Below, piece after piece: positions 10,308 through 20,028 of a stretch of 64,000 nucleotides of DNA (positions are counted from its first letter, which is position 1; every line of letters starts with the position of its first letter). The position numbers and the translations under genes were made by a program. The notes under the pieces were generated by a model, which ran no database searches, was not told the DNA's origin, and worked only from the letters and a program-made list of their open reading frames with translations. Source of the DNA: a bacterium (lineage in GTDB: Bacteria > Patescibacteriota > Patescibacteriia > UBA1558 > S5-K13); the NCBI GenBank assembly GCA_029555085.1, contig JAKPTO010000026.1:32001-96000 (forward strand), in the 5' to 3' direction.

Positions 10308-10805
10308 TTATTCAAACCATTGTATTGTATAGCCATTTGGCGCCTCTTTTGTAAAATCTCTATGAGGACAAACACCAAAACCAGTATTATCAAATTTCCT
10401 TTCAAATGAAACAATTTGAAATATTGCAAAAGATTTTTTACATCCGTATTCTCCTTCTTGGAATTTATGATATCTGTAATGAAAATTTTGATTATTTAAG
10501 GGATCCGACACATCGGATAAAAAAAATTTCTCAATTAAATTTCTAAATAATGTTTTCCTGGCATCTATTGTTTCATAACTAACATCCCACTCATTTTGTG
10601 TTTGATTGTCTGGTAACTGATCAAACTCTAACTTATATAATTCAATTGCTGTTCTTATTTGTTGCGCATTCTCCATTCTTATCGTGTCTCTAATTTTTTT
10701 TTGTTGACTTTTTGTATACAATCCAATAATTATTGTTGAACAAAGAATAATTGAAACTAAAATTAAAATATTTAAAATAGATTTTGTGCCTTTCTCTGTT
10801 TCCAT
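10308..10805 (-). CDS. pilin/pseudopilin-like (GspG-like) protein
   Basis: N-terminal TM helix then KIRDTIRMENAQQIRTAIELY and SDP motif typical of GspG-like pilins; no clear class III cleavage site. Confidence 0.55.
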   Translation of the reverse strand: METEKGTKSILNILILVSIILCSTIIIGLYTKSQQKKIRDTIRMENAQQIRTAIELYKLEFDQLPDNQTQNEWDVSYETIDARKTLFRNLIEKFFLSDVSDPLNNQNFHYRYHKFQEGEYGCKKSFAIFQIVSFERKFDNTGFGVCPHRDFTKEAPNGYTIQWFE

Positions 10806-10894
10806 TAAATTTCCAAATAAATACTTATATATAAATTATATAATTTTTTCAATAAAAAAACCACCCTAAACTAAGTAGAGTGATTTTTATAAAA

Positions 10895-11542
10895 TTATTT
10901 TTGTGATTCTTCTTTTGTTTCCTCTGGTTCTTTGGTTTTTTCAGTTGTCTCTGGTGTTTCTGATTTTTCTTCTTCTACTGTCTCTGCCTTAGCTGGTTTC
11001 GCTATTACTATTGGTTGGTCTCCGTCAGTTAAAATTTCAACTCCGGACGGAACTTCTAAATCTGAAACTAAAATCATATCATTATAATTTTCAAGTTTAG
11101 ATATATCTACTTCAATTGATGAAATAATTTGACTTGCGAGACATTCAATTTCAATACGATCCATTGCTTTCACAAGAATCGCTCCTAGTTCTTTTACGGC
11201 TTTTGATTCGCCTGAAAAATTAATTGGGATTTCAACTGTCAATTTATTTTTTGCATCAAATCTATACAAATCAGCATGAATTATTGATCCAGTGATATGA
11301 TCTTTGGCTATATCATGTATAATTACTGGGATTTTTTTGTCTTCAAATTCTAAATTTAAAACCTGTGACTCACCCGTGGTATTAAAAATTTTCATAAACT
11401 CAGAATAAGAAACCTGCAAATTTAAATTTTCATGCTTTGGACCATAAACAACAACAGGTAAATACCCAGACGCTATGAGATTTTTCGCGCTTAAGCCACC
11501 AAAATTTTCTCTTTTTTGCGCTTTTAAGATTAATTCTGTCAT
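10895..11542 (-). CDS. rplY: 50S ribosomal protein L25/Ctc (three-domain form); ATG start at 11542
   Basis: GYLPVVVYG, IIHADLY, VEIPINFSGES, acidic C-terminal tail. Confidence 0.9.
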   Translation of the reverse strand: MTELILKAQKRENFGGLSAKNLIASGYLPVVVYGPKHENLNLQVSYSEFMKIFNTTGESQVLNLEFEDKKIPVIIHDIAKDHITGSIIHADLYRFDAKNKLTVEIPINFSGESKAVKELGAILVKAMDRIEIECLASQIISSIEVDISKLENYNDMILVSDLEVPSGVEILTDGDQPIVIAKPAKAETVEEEKSETPETTEKTKEPEETKEESQK

Positions 11543-11543
11543 T

Positions 11544-11614
11544 TTTTTAGCTTTCAAGGTTTCGACTTTCAGCTTTCAATTAGCTAAAAACAAAACTCTA
11601 ACTTAATTATTATA
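11544..11614 (-). promoter_or_regulatory. putative rplY -10 box and structured 5' leader
   Basis: TATAAT on minus strand at 11609-11614; 9-bp inverted repeat 11544-11552/11582-11590 ending just before the ATG. Confidence 0.35.
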
Positions 11615-11675
11615 ATTATCTCATTATAAAACAAGACAAAATTTATGTCAATAATAAATTGTAAGTTAAAAAATT

Positions 11676-12776
11676 TTACAATACACCTTTTTCTATATTT
11701 TTCCTTATAATTCTCATTAATTCCAAATAAAATTCTATATTATTTAAAGTTCCAAGTCTCATGGCTAAAGCATCTTCCACTTTAAACAAGTGATGTAAGT
11801 AAGATTTAGAATATAATTTCAACTCATCAATATTTGAATTTTTATTTATAGCGGATTTATCTTTTTTGAATTCAGCATTTGTTATGTTTATAGTTTTATA
11901 AAATTTTCCTCTCAAATTCTTATTTGTAAAATAATACAATCTTCCATGACGCGCTTCGCGTGTTGGAATTACACAATCAAACATATCTACTCCATTTTTA
12001 ACAGCAGTTAAAATATTATCAGGATAACCAACTCCCATTAAATATCTAGGACTTTTTTCTGGGAGCTTGTCTTTTAAAAATTTTAAAATTCCATACATTT
12101 CTTTATTTGTTTCACCAACAGCGAGTCCACCTATTGCATATCCATCAAATCCTATTTTCATAAGATCGTCTAAACTTTTTTTTCTTAAATCTTTATTTAG
12201 TGCTCCCTGAACAATGCCAAATAATAAATTTTTATTTTTAGGATCAAACTTTTTCTTGGACTCTTTACACTTTTTAGCCCAAATATTTGTTATATTAAGC
12301 GCTTTTTCTGTTGTTTGATAATCTGATTTTGAATCAATACACACATCTAATACCATTTGAATATCTGAATCCAAAACACTTTGAATTTTCATAACTTTTT
12401 CTGGAGTAAATAAATGATTTGACCCGTCATAGGTTGATTTAAAATTAACACCTTCATTAGTAATTTTTCTAATTTTAGAAAGTGAAAAAACTTGAAAACC
12501 GCCAGAATCAGTAAGTATTGGTTTTTTGTAATTTATAAAATTATTTAGAGATCCAAACTTTTTTATAACTTCTAATCCTGGTTTTAAATATAAATGATAT
12601 GTATTTGCTAAAATTATATCTGGATTTAATTTTTCTATGTCAGAAAAACTGAGCGACTTTATAACTCCACGAGTTGCTATTGGCATAAAAAATGGGGTAT
12701 CTATTCTACCCAATTTTGTTTTTAAAATTCCAATTCTCGCACTGGATATTTTTGATTTTTTTAGTATTTTAAACAT
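11676..12776 (-). CDS. tgt: tRNA-guanine transglycosylase
   Basis: TPFFMP, ANTYHL, LTDSGGFQVFSL, GIVQG, GGLAVGE, PRYLMGVG, DMFDCV. Confidence 0.96.
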   Translation of the reverse strand: MFKILKKSKISSARIGILKTKLGRIDTPFFMPIATRGVIKSLSFSDIEKLNPDIILANTYHLYLKPGLEVIKKFGSLNNFINYKKPILTDSGGFQVFSLSKIRKITNEGVNFKSTYDGSNHLFTPEKVMKIQSVLDSDIQMVLDVCIDSKSDYQTTEKALNITNIWAKKCKESKKKFDPKNKNLLFGIVQGALNKDLRKKSLDDLMKIGFDGYAIGGLAVGETNKEMYGILKFLKDKLPEKSPRYLMGVGYPDNILTAVKNGVDMFDCVIPTREARHGRLYYFTNKNLRGKFYKTINITNAEFKKDKSAINKNSNIDELKLYSKSYLHHLFKVEDALAMRLGTLNNIEFYLELMRIIRKNIEKGVL

Positions 12777-14771
12777 TTATAAATCAATTACTCTTTCTTT
12801 TCCGCTAGCTTTTTTATCTCCTACTAATTCTGATGTTAAATAAGGAAAATCTTTACTAATTTTAGCTCCAGAAAATGAATCCATTCCGGAAATATTAGTT
12901 TGATTAATTAATGTAACTATTTTATCTTTATGATTTTTTTCTGGTGTTAACAATATATTAAATTTCCCTGTATAATCTTTTGACTTTTCTAATGTTTTAA
13001 TTTGCCAAACAACTTCTCGTGTTTCAGAATTATAAACCATATTTCCTTTTCCATAAACATTGGCCTCTCCCCAATCGACATTTGGAGGTAAAATTGTTTT
13101 CACATAAACATCATTTAAATCATTAGTTGGGGACTTTATCTGCCAAACAACTTCGTATGTTGTAGTTTCTCCGACAACTGGTGGAAGTGGACCAGAACCA
13201 ACAGCAAGTCCGTTTTCATCGTAATATCTAACTTTTGATGACGCTTCTATTGGACTATTTAATTTATTAATTATTGTATTGGATAATACTTCTTTTTCCT
13301 CTGAAGATGCATTTTTATATTTTAATTTTGCTTCTGATTTAACTAAATAATCTGTACTTCCTATATATTCATCATCAAATTGATGTAATTTAATTGAAAT
13401 ATTTATTTTTCCCTCTTGATTTTTTGCTAATTTTGCTAAAGATGGTATAGAATTTTTATCCCAAGTTATTGATAAATTATCTTCATTAAAATCTCCATTA
13501 AAATTATCTTGTAATGTTTCTTTGTCTAAATATTTTGAATCCAATTTTAAATTAATTACAATATTAGTTATTGCATCTTCTGAATTATTCTTATAATGTA
13601 ATTCATATTTTAATTCATCTCCCCAGTTCACAACTGCGTCAATTGGATTATTGTTTATGGAAATTTGCAAAGGAACATCAGAAGGAACAGACAATGTATC
13701 TTTTGAAACTTTTATATATGGAATCCATTCTAAAACTAAATCGTTCTCTAAATTATGCTCAATACTATATAGAGATTTTATTTCAATTATGGCATTAAAT
13801 GTTGATGTCGTATTATTTGCTAAATCTAAAAATCCTGAGACCTTTATTTCACCGGAAGATTTTTTTTGCAAATCTCCCAAATTCCAAGTATTTTCTGATA
13901 TTTGCTCTAGAGAATCGGCATTTACTTCGGATACAGAAAAACCACTTGGATATTCAAATCTAATTCTCGCATTTAATAAATTATTATCAGAAATATTTTT
14001 ATATAAAATCTTATAAGCAACTCTATTGTTATTTCCAATCTCAGATGGCGAATCAATGCTCAATTCCATTAATGTTTTTTCTATTTTTATTGTGTGACTA
14101 ACTTTTGTTTCAAAATTTGAACTAAAATTTACGGGCTCATAAGCAATCGCGGATTCTATATTAAGCTCATCGTTGGTGTTTCCAATTACCTGAATATCTA
14201 AATTAATCTTTCCGTCTTCACCTGGATCCAAATCTCCTATTTTCCACAAATTAGCTCCTAAATTATCTGGTTCCTTACTTGAAGATACATAATAAACTCC
14301 TTCGGGATAATTTATGCGAAGTTCAACATTTTTCACTTTTACTTGTTCTTTATTTTCATATTTTATTGTGAGTCCAACTTTATGCCCAGAAATTACAGAA
14401 TCTTCTCCGGAAATTTCTAACACCACGCCATTTCCACTTAGTGGCTTAAAATTATTAAAAAAATTCCAACCCAAATAACTTACAATAGCAACTGCTAAAA
14501 GAATAAAAATAATAATCCATAATGATCTCATGCCTTTGTTTTTACCTTTATCAAATGTGGAAATGTTTTTTCTTCTACCCCAAATATTATAAATATCATC
14601 AGTGGAACCAACTTTATCGTGATTGGGATTTTTTATACCTTTTAATTGCCTTTTAACAGGCATTCTTGGTTCCGCATAACTTTTACGGTTTCTTTTCTCT
14701 GAAGAAATTTTTTTTATATTTACTCCATCGCCTAAATTTGGTTTTGATTTTGGATTCAATGTTTTTGACAT
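12777..14771 (-). CDS. membrane-anchored protein with repeated Ig-like/DUF11-like beta domains
   Basis: Basic N-terminus, one TM helix, repeated Y.I.Y.N...V.L...P.G...W.IG.L.....G.I pattern. Confidence 0.65.
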   Translation of the reverse strand: MSKTLNPKSKPNLGDGVNIKKISSEKRNRKSYAEPRMPVKRQLKGIKNPNHDKVGSTDDIYNIWGRRKNISTFDKGKNKGMRSLWIIIFILLAVAIVSYLGWNFFNNFKPLSGNGVVLEISGEDSVISGHKVGLTIKYENKEQVKVKNVELRINYPEGVYYVSSSKEPDNLGANLWKIGDLDPGEDGKINLDIQVIGNTNDELNIESAIAYEPVNFSSNFETKVSHTIKIEKTLMELSIDSPSEIGNNNRVAYKILYKNISDNNLLNARIRFEYPSGFSVSEVNADSLEQISENTWNLGDLQKKSSGEIKVSGFLDLANNTTSTFNAIIEIKSLYSIEHNLENDLVLEWIPYIKVSKDTLSVPSDVPLQISINNNPIDAVVNWGDELKYELHYKNNSEDAITNIVINLKLDSKYLDKETLQDNFNGDFNEDNLSITWDKNSIPSLAKLAKNQEGKINISIKLHQFDDEYIGSTDYLVKSEAKLKYKNASSEEKEVLSNTIINKLNSPIEASSKVRYYDENGLAVGSGPLPPVVGETTTYEVVWQIKSPTNDLNDVYVKTILPPNVDWGEANVYGKGNMVYNSETREVVWQIKTLEKSKDYTGKFNILLTPEKNHKDKIVTLINQTNISGMDSFSGAKISKDFPYLTSELVGDKKASGKERVIDL

Positions 14772-14774
14772 TTT

Positions 14775-15398
14775 TTAAAAAGAATTTAATTTTTTTTCTA
14801 AAACTTTTTCAAAATATGTTTTTATATAATTTAAAATTATCAATTTATCATAGTTTAATTTTAACACTAATTGTCTATTTTTTAAATATGTATTTTCAGT
14901 AAAAATATCAATAATTCTCATTTCTTTCTTATTTAAAGAGATTTTGTTTTTTTCATAAAATCCAAATTTCTTCATAATACACAATAAATAACATATTTCT
15001 AAATCTGACTCATTGTATAAATTAGAATTTACATCTTTTAAAAACTCAACTGTATTTTTGTAAATATATTTTTCCTGCATATTTTCTGGCAAAAAATTAA
15101 GTAAAATTTCTGACATTTTATTAAAAGACAAAAATGCTCTAAAATTTTTATTTACATCAAAAGAATTTATAACGCTAACCTGCGCTATTTTATTAATTGT
15201 CTTTCCTTGTGATAACATAAAAAGACATAAATTACCGGGCATTAAAAATCCAGATAACTTACTTTTTGGAGATGAAACTGATTTTGCAACAGCACTAATA
15301 AGTCCATTTTCAAAAGTAAAAATACGATAAAATTTATCTTCATCTTTAAAATTTTTCGCATACAGGATTATTCCTTGCGTTATATATTCACTATTCAT
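14775..15398 (-). CDS. recO: DNA repair protein RecO
   Basis: TQGIIL...FKDEDK...FTFENGLISAVAK...KSKLSG N-terminal OB pattern. Confidence 0.8.
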   Translation of the reverse strand: MNSEYITQGIILYAKNFKDEDKFYRIFTFENGLISAVAKSVSSPKSKLSGFLMPGNLCLFMLSQGKTINKIAQVSVINSFDVNKNFRAFLSFNKMSEILLNFLPENMQEKYIYKNTVEFLKDVNSNLYNESDLEICYLLCIMKKFGFYEKNKISLNKKEMRIIDIFTENTYLKNRQLVLKLNYDKLIILNYIKTYFEKVLEKKLNSF

Positions 15399-15408
15399 TT
15401 AGGCCCTA

Positions 15409-18288
15409 TTATTTTAAACTTATTTCAACTTCAAATTCATTTACCTTTACTTTTTTTTCAATAATTGGAGTATCAATTGATTCAAAAATAATATCTTTTG
15501 CTAAAACATCTTTCTTTAAAGATTGAATATTTTTCTTTATAGATTGAACAAAATTATTGTTCAATATTTTTAAACTAACTATAGCAGTATCTTTGATTGT
15601 CAAATTCGCTTGTTTTCTCAAGGCATTTATGTTTCTCACTAATTCTCGCAAATCTCCCTCGTTCTTTAATTCTTGTGTAATTTCAGTATTTAAATAAACC
15701 TCACCAATAGCTAAATTTTTATCAAATTTGACCTCTTTTACATTTACTTCTTCTGATATTATATCTAAATACGCCTCTTGTAGTTCTCCGCCTTCTATAT
15801 TATAAGAAGCAGAAGAAAGCACTTGCCTAACTTTTATTTGATTCTGGTCTCTCAAATTATGTAATTTCTCAACTATTTTACGAACCTTTTGCATTTCTGA
15901 TAAAATTTTTAAATCGTCCTTGCTAAATTTATGTGTATCTCTCCAATTTAATAAATGCACGGATTCTTGATCTCCATAAACCTCTTTATAAATATGCTCC
16001 GCTGTGAAAGGAATAAATGGAGAAATTGAAACAGCAAATTCCCTAAGAACAAAATTCAAAATTTTTGGAGCGAACTTGTCTTGGTTTTTAAATCTATCTC
16101 TCGATCTTCTTATGTACCAAGTTGATAATTCCAAAATAAAATCTGAAATATGATCAATACATTTTTTAATATCATAAACCTCCAAACTTTCTGTAATATT
16201 ATTTTGCAATTGCTTTATTTCTAAAATAATCCATTTATCTAATAAATTGTCGCTTTCAATAAACTCTAAATCTGATTCGCTTTTATACATATTATAAAAA
16301 GATAAAATATTTGCTAATGTTATAAAATATCTTCCATATATACTAGATAAATCTTTTTCAGAAAAACACAAATCGCCAGATTTTACAGCCTGAGATCCCA
16401 ACAAATAAAAACGCAATACATCAGCAGAATATTTCTGTATTATTTCAGTGGGCTCTGGATAATTTTTTAATCTTTTAGACATTTTCTTCCCGTCTTCTGC
16501 CAATACCATCCCATTTACAACAACATTTTTAAATGCTGGTTTTTTGAATAATGCTGTCGCAAGCACCATAAGTGTATAAAACCAGCCCCTTGTTTGATCC
16601 TGACCCTCAGCTATAAAATCTGCTGGAAAATTTTTATCAAACCATTCTTTATTCTCAAATGGGTAATGTATTCCAGCGTATGGCATAGATCCGGATTCAA
16701 ACCAACAATCTAAAACATCTGGGATTCTTTTTATTTTTTTAGAACATTTTTTACAATCAATTTCTATATCATCAATAAAATGCTTATGCAAATCATCTAT
16801 TTTTTTACCACTTGCTTGTTCTAATTCCTCTTTTGAACCAAATACTACAATTTCTCCACAATCACATTTCCAAACAGGAATTGGTGCTCCCCAATACCTT
16901 TGACGAGATATTGACCAATCTCTTGCCCCTTCTAACCATTTGCCAAATCTTCCATCTTTAAAAGATTCTGGAATCCAATTTGTTTGTTTATTTGCATGAA
17001 TTAAGTCTTTTTTAATTTTTGTAACTTCGACAAACCATGATTTAGTTGCATAATTTAAAAGTGGACTATCGCATCTCCAACAATGAGGATAACTATGTTC
17101 ATATTTTTCTTTAGAAAAAGCCAAATTTTTTGAATCAAGAAATTTTAAAATTTCTACATCCACTTTTTGATGATTGTCTTTTGGTTTTACATATTGACCA
17201 GCAAAATCTTTTACATCACTTGTAAACTTTCCTTGAGAATCAACATGTTGTATAAATGGAAGTTTCATCTCTTTTCCCAAATTCATATCATCTTCACCAT
17301 ATGCTGGCGCAATATGAACAATTCCAGTTCCATCTTCAATTGTTACGAAATCCGCATTATAAATTTTATAAATATTTTCTTTATTTTTTAAATTTTTATC
17401 CACAAAATAATCAAATAATGGTTTGTATGATTTACCAACAAGTTCCGCGCCTTTAAACTCCTTTATAATAGAAGGATTTACAAATTGATCTTTAAATACT
17501 TCATATCTGTCTTTTGCCAAAATATAAACATCATCTCCTGAGCTAATTTTTAAATAATGAATATGTTTCCCAACTGCCAAGGCAACATTACCTGGCAATG
17601 TCCATGGAGTTGTTGTCCACGCCAACACAAAAGTATTTGGCGAATCAACAAGTTCAAACTTAGCAGTTACTGAAATATCTTTTATGTCTTTATATCCCTG
17701 AGCTACTTCAAAATTTGATAATGTGGTTCCACAATGAGGACAAATATGCATGGATTTATAACCCTCATATATAAGTCCCTTTTTCCATAGTTCTTTAAAA
17801 ACCCACCAAACAGATTCCATGTAGTTTACATCCATTGTTTTATAATCATCTTGCATATCAACCCACCTACCAATCATTGGAATAAACTTTCTCCACTCCC
17901 CAGCGTATTTCATAACACTTTTTCTACAATATTCATTAAAATCATGAACAGAATACTTTTCTTCTATTTCTTTTTTACCATTTAATCCCAATTCTGATTC
18001 AACTTCATTTTCAACTGGAAGTCCGTGACAATCCCAACCCCATTTTCTCCTAACATAATATCCCTGCATTGTTTTAAATCTAGGAATTACATCTTTTATA
18101 ATAGACGCAACTATATGACCATAATGAGGCAACCCATTTGCAAATGGCGGACCATCGTAAAAAGAAAAATCACCTTTTGTAGATTTTTTCAAAGATTTTT
18201 CGAAAATTTTATTTTCTTCCCAAAAATTTAAAATATCACGCTCTTTTTCGTATAAAGTAGATATTTTCTGATTATTATTTTTTTCCAT
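15409..18288 (-). CDS. ileS: isoleucine--tRNA ligase (type 2-like)
   Basis: FYDGPPFANGLPHYGH, GWDCHGLP, WTTTPWTLP, EGQDQTRGWF, KMSKR. Confidence 0.97.
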   Translation of the reverse strand: MEKNNNQKISTLYEKERDILNFWEENKIFEKSLKKSTKGDFSFYDGPPFANGLPHYGHIVASIIKDVIPRFKTMQGYYVRRKWGWDCHGLPVENEVESELGLNGKKEIEEKYSVHDFNEYCRKSVMKYAGEWRKFIPMIGRWVDMQDDYKTMDVNYMESVWWVFKELWKKGLIYEGYKSMHICPHCGTTLSNFEVAQGYKDIKDISVTAKFELVDSPNTFVLAWTTTPWTLPGNVALAVGKHIHYLKISSGDDVYILAKDRYEVFKDQFVNPSIIKEFKGAELVGKSYKPLFDYFVDKNLKNKENIYKIYNADFVTIEDGTGIVHIAPAYGEDDMNLGKEMKLPFIQHVDSQGKFTSDVKDFAGQYVKPKDNHQKVDVEILKFLDSKNLAFSKEKYEHSYPHCWRCDSPLLNYATKSWFVEVTKIKKDLIHANKQTNWIPESFKDGRFGKWLEGARDWSISRQRYWGAPIPVWKCDCGEIVVFGSKEELEQASGKKIDDLHKHFIDDIEIDCKKCSKKIKRIPDVLDCWFESGSMPYAGIHYPFENKEWFDKNFPADFIAEGQDQTRGWFYTLMVLATALFKKPAFKNVVVNGMVLAEDGKKMSKRLKNYPEPTEIIQKYSADVLRFYLLGSQAVKSGDLCFSEKDLSSIYGRYFITLANILSFYNMYKSESDLEFIESDNLLDKWIILEIKQLQNNITESLEVYDIKKCIDHISDFILELSTWYIRRSRDRFKNQDKFAPKILNFVLREFAVSISPFIPFTAEHIYKEVYGDQESVHLLNWRDTHKFSKDDLKILSEMQKVRKIVEKLHNLRDQNQIKVRQVLSSASYNIEGGELQEAYLDIISEEVNVKEVKFDKNLAIGEVYLNTEITQELKNEGDLRELVRNINALRKQANLTIKDTAIVSLKILNNNFVQSIKKNIQSLKKDVLAKDIIFESIDTPIIEKKVKVNEFEVEISLK

Positions 18289-18364
18289 ATATTTTTATTC
18301 TATTCTAATAAAAAATTAAATTTATACTTGTTTAATTTAACAACAAAATCACAATAAATCAAGA

Positions 18365-18502
18365 CTAAAAAAACAACATTTTTATTAACTCCAGCGCTTT
18401 ATTTTTTTTATTATGACGACTTTTTCTGATAACTTTTGACTTATTATTTGTTTCAAAACCAAAACTTGATGATATTATTGTTTTTTTTCTTTTTGATTTC
18501 AT
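18365..18502 (-). CDS. possible 45-aa basic small protein
   Basis: ATG..TAG ORF (MKSKRKKTIISSSFGFETNNKSKVIRKSRHNKKNKALELIKMLFF) directly downstream of the MerR-like gene; no homology recognised. Confidence 0.3.
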   Translation of the reverse strand: MKSKRKKTIISSSFGFETNNKSKVIRKSRHNKKNKALELIKMLFF

Positions 18503-18519
18503 AATATTTTAATTAAAAA

Positions 18520-18747
18520 TTATTGTTTATTTTTCAAATATGATTTTATTTCGGCAATTGTAAAACGTTTATTGGTTTGGAGCCGTTCTATTTCTTTTAT
18601 TGTTTTTAATGCTTTACTTTTTTCATATAAACGATACCCGCCTCTTGTAAAAGAATCGGGTTTTAATAAACCCTCCTTGGTATAAAAATGTATTGCCGAT
18701 GGCAATCTATTTATATGAGACGCGAGTTCTCCAATTTTTAGTAACAT
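18520..18747 (-). CDS. stand-alone MerR-family HTH protein
   Basis: LLKIGELA...AIHFYTKEGLLKP...GGYRLY...FTIAEIK. Confidence 0.88.
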   Translation of the reverse strand: MLLKIGELASHINRLPSAIHFYTKEGLLKPDSFTRGGYRLYEKSKALKTIKEIERLQTNKRFTIAEIKSYLKNKQ

Positions 18748-18801
18748 TGTTATTTATTATTTTCATTAAGGTAGAATTAATCTTTGCTCTGCTCTACTAC
18801 A

Positions 18802-18854
18802 ATTATATATTAAAAAATTAAAAGTGTAAAGTATGTATTATCACTTTATACTTT
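18802..18854 (-). promoter_or_regulatory. sigma70 promoter with overlapping palindromic operator upstream of the MerR-like gene
   Basis: TTTACA (18825-18830), 17-nt spacer, TATAAT (18802-18807); inverted repeat AAAGTGTAAAGT/ACTTTATACTTT (11/12) at 18821-18854. Confidence 0.55.
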
Positions 18855-18901
18855 ATGGTTATAAAAATAAAAAAACTTCTAAATTAAAAGTTAAAAATAA
18901 A

Positions 18902-18931
18902 AAAATCTCCCTATTGAGCTAGGGAGATTTT
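18902..18931 (-). terminator. intrinsic terminator
   Basis: AAAATCTCCCTA-ttgagc-TAGGGAGATTTT hairpin with U-run on minus strand, just after the 18944 stop. Confidence 0.8.
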
Positions 18932-18943
18932 GAAAAGCTAGTA

Positions 18944-19423
18944 TTATTTGTTTTGCTCTGCGATATACTGATTAATTGCTGTTACTACTTTTCCGTCTGT
19001 CTTTAATTCTTCTATAAAAATAACATGAGCTTTATTTATAGACATTTCATCTTTTGGTCCATGTAATTCATTTCCTAATTTTACTAAAGATAGTCCTTGT
19101 TGTTGCTGTGTTGAATCAGCTGGTTGTAATGCTGTTGTTACTTGTAAGTAGTATATATTCCTTAAAGTAACTTCTTCGTTGGTATTTTTTACAACATTGC
19201 CAAAGTAAACCTGACCGTTTGATAAAAATACTGCTTGCCATTTACCATTAGATCCATCTTTATCAATACCTAGAATATTAAATTTTGTAAATCTAGATAC
19301 TCCATAAAGACATACTAGTATAACAGCAATAACAATTACTACTGTCATTATCCATCTAAAAATGGATTTCTTTTCTACTGGTTCTGTTACTTTTGTTGTA
19401 ACATTTTCCGTTTTTTTGTCCAT
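18944..19423 (-). CDS. conserved hypothetical single-TM protein
   Basis: TM helix then WQAVFLSNGQVYFG...YYLQ...LVKLGNELHGP; resembles a family I associate with CPR genomes. Confidence 0.75.
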   Translation of the reverse strand: MDKKTENVTTKVTEPVEKKSIFRWIMTVVIVIAVILVCLYGVSRFTKFNILGIDKDGSNGKWQAVFLSNGQVYFGNVVKNTNEEVTLRNIYYLQVTTALQPADSTQQQQGLSLVKLGNELHGPKDEMSINKAHVIFIEELKTDGKVVTAINQYIAEQNK

Positions 19424-19566
19424 ATTTTTGACCTTTCTTTATGATTATATTTAATTATTTTATAGAGATATTATAACACCTTTAAATAATTTTTTAAAGA
19501 TGCTTTAACTACTATATTTTTGGCTTATTTAAGCCATTTTATATATAAAATAATGTATAAATAAAT

Positions 19567-19989
19567 TTATTTGGTTTTTTCTACATACAAAGGAGCCACT
19601 CCTATTATCTTATCTGTGCTTGGTCTATATAAAATTACTTTCATGGATTTTGTATATATAAGCAAATTATCGCCATTTTCTGCATTCTCAAAAAAAGGAT
19701 AATCTTTTAATTTTTCTTCATTTAAAACATTTGCAACCTGAGGAATTTCATCAGATGGCAATTCTATTAATCTTGAAACTCGTTTTATTATTTTTTCTGA
19801 TCGTCCTCTATCTCCCATATTTAGTTTGTAAGAATTTGATTTGATTTTTTTGTAAACAACTACAACGCCAAAACATATTCCAACAATTAAAATAATTATA
19901 ATTATTATTTTAAATAATTTTTTAAAATTAAAACTTTTCTTCTTTTTCTTTGAAAGTATTCTTAGATCTAGAACTCTATTTTTACTCAT
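19567..19989 (-). CDS. conserved hypothetical single-TM protein
   Basis: TM helix then LIELPSDEIP...PFFENAENGD.LLIY...ILYRPS. Confidence 0.7.
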   Translation of the reverse strand: MSKNRVLDLRILSKKKKKSFNFKKLFKIIIIIILIVGICFGVVVVYKKIKSNSYKLNMGDRGRSEKIIKRVSRLIELPSDEIPQVANVLNEEKLKDYPFFENAENGDNLLIYTKSMKVILYRPSTDKIIGVAPLYVEKTK

Positions 19990-20028
19990 GATGTTTATTT
20001 TCTAATTGGATTAGATGTTTAATATAAT

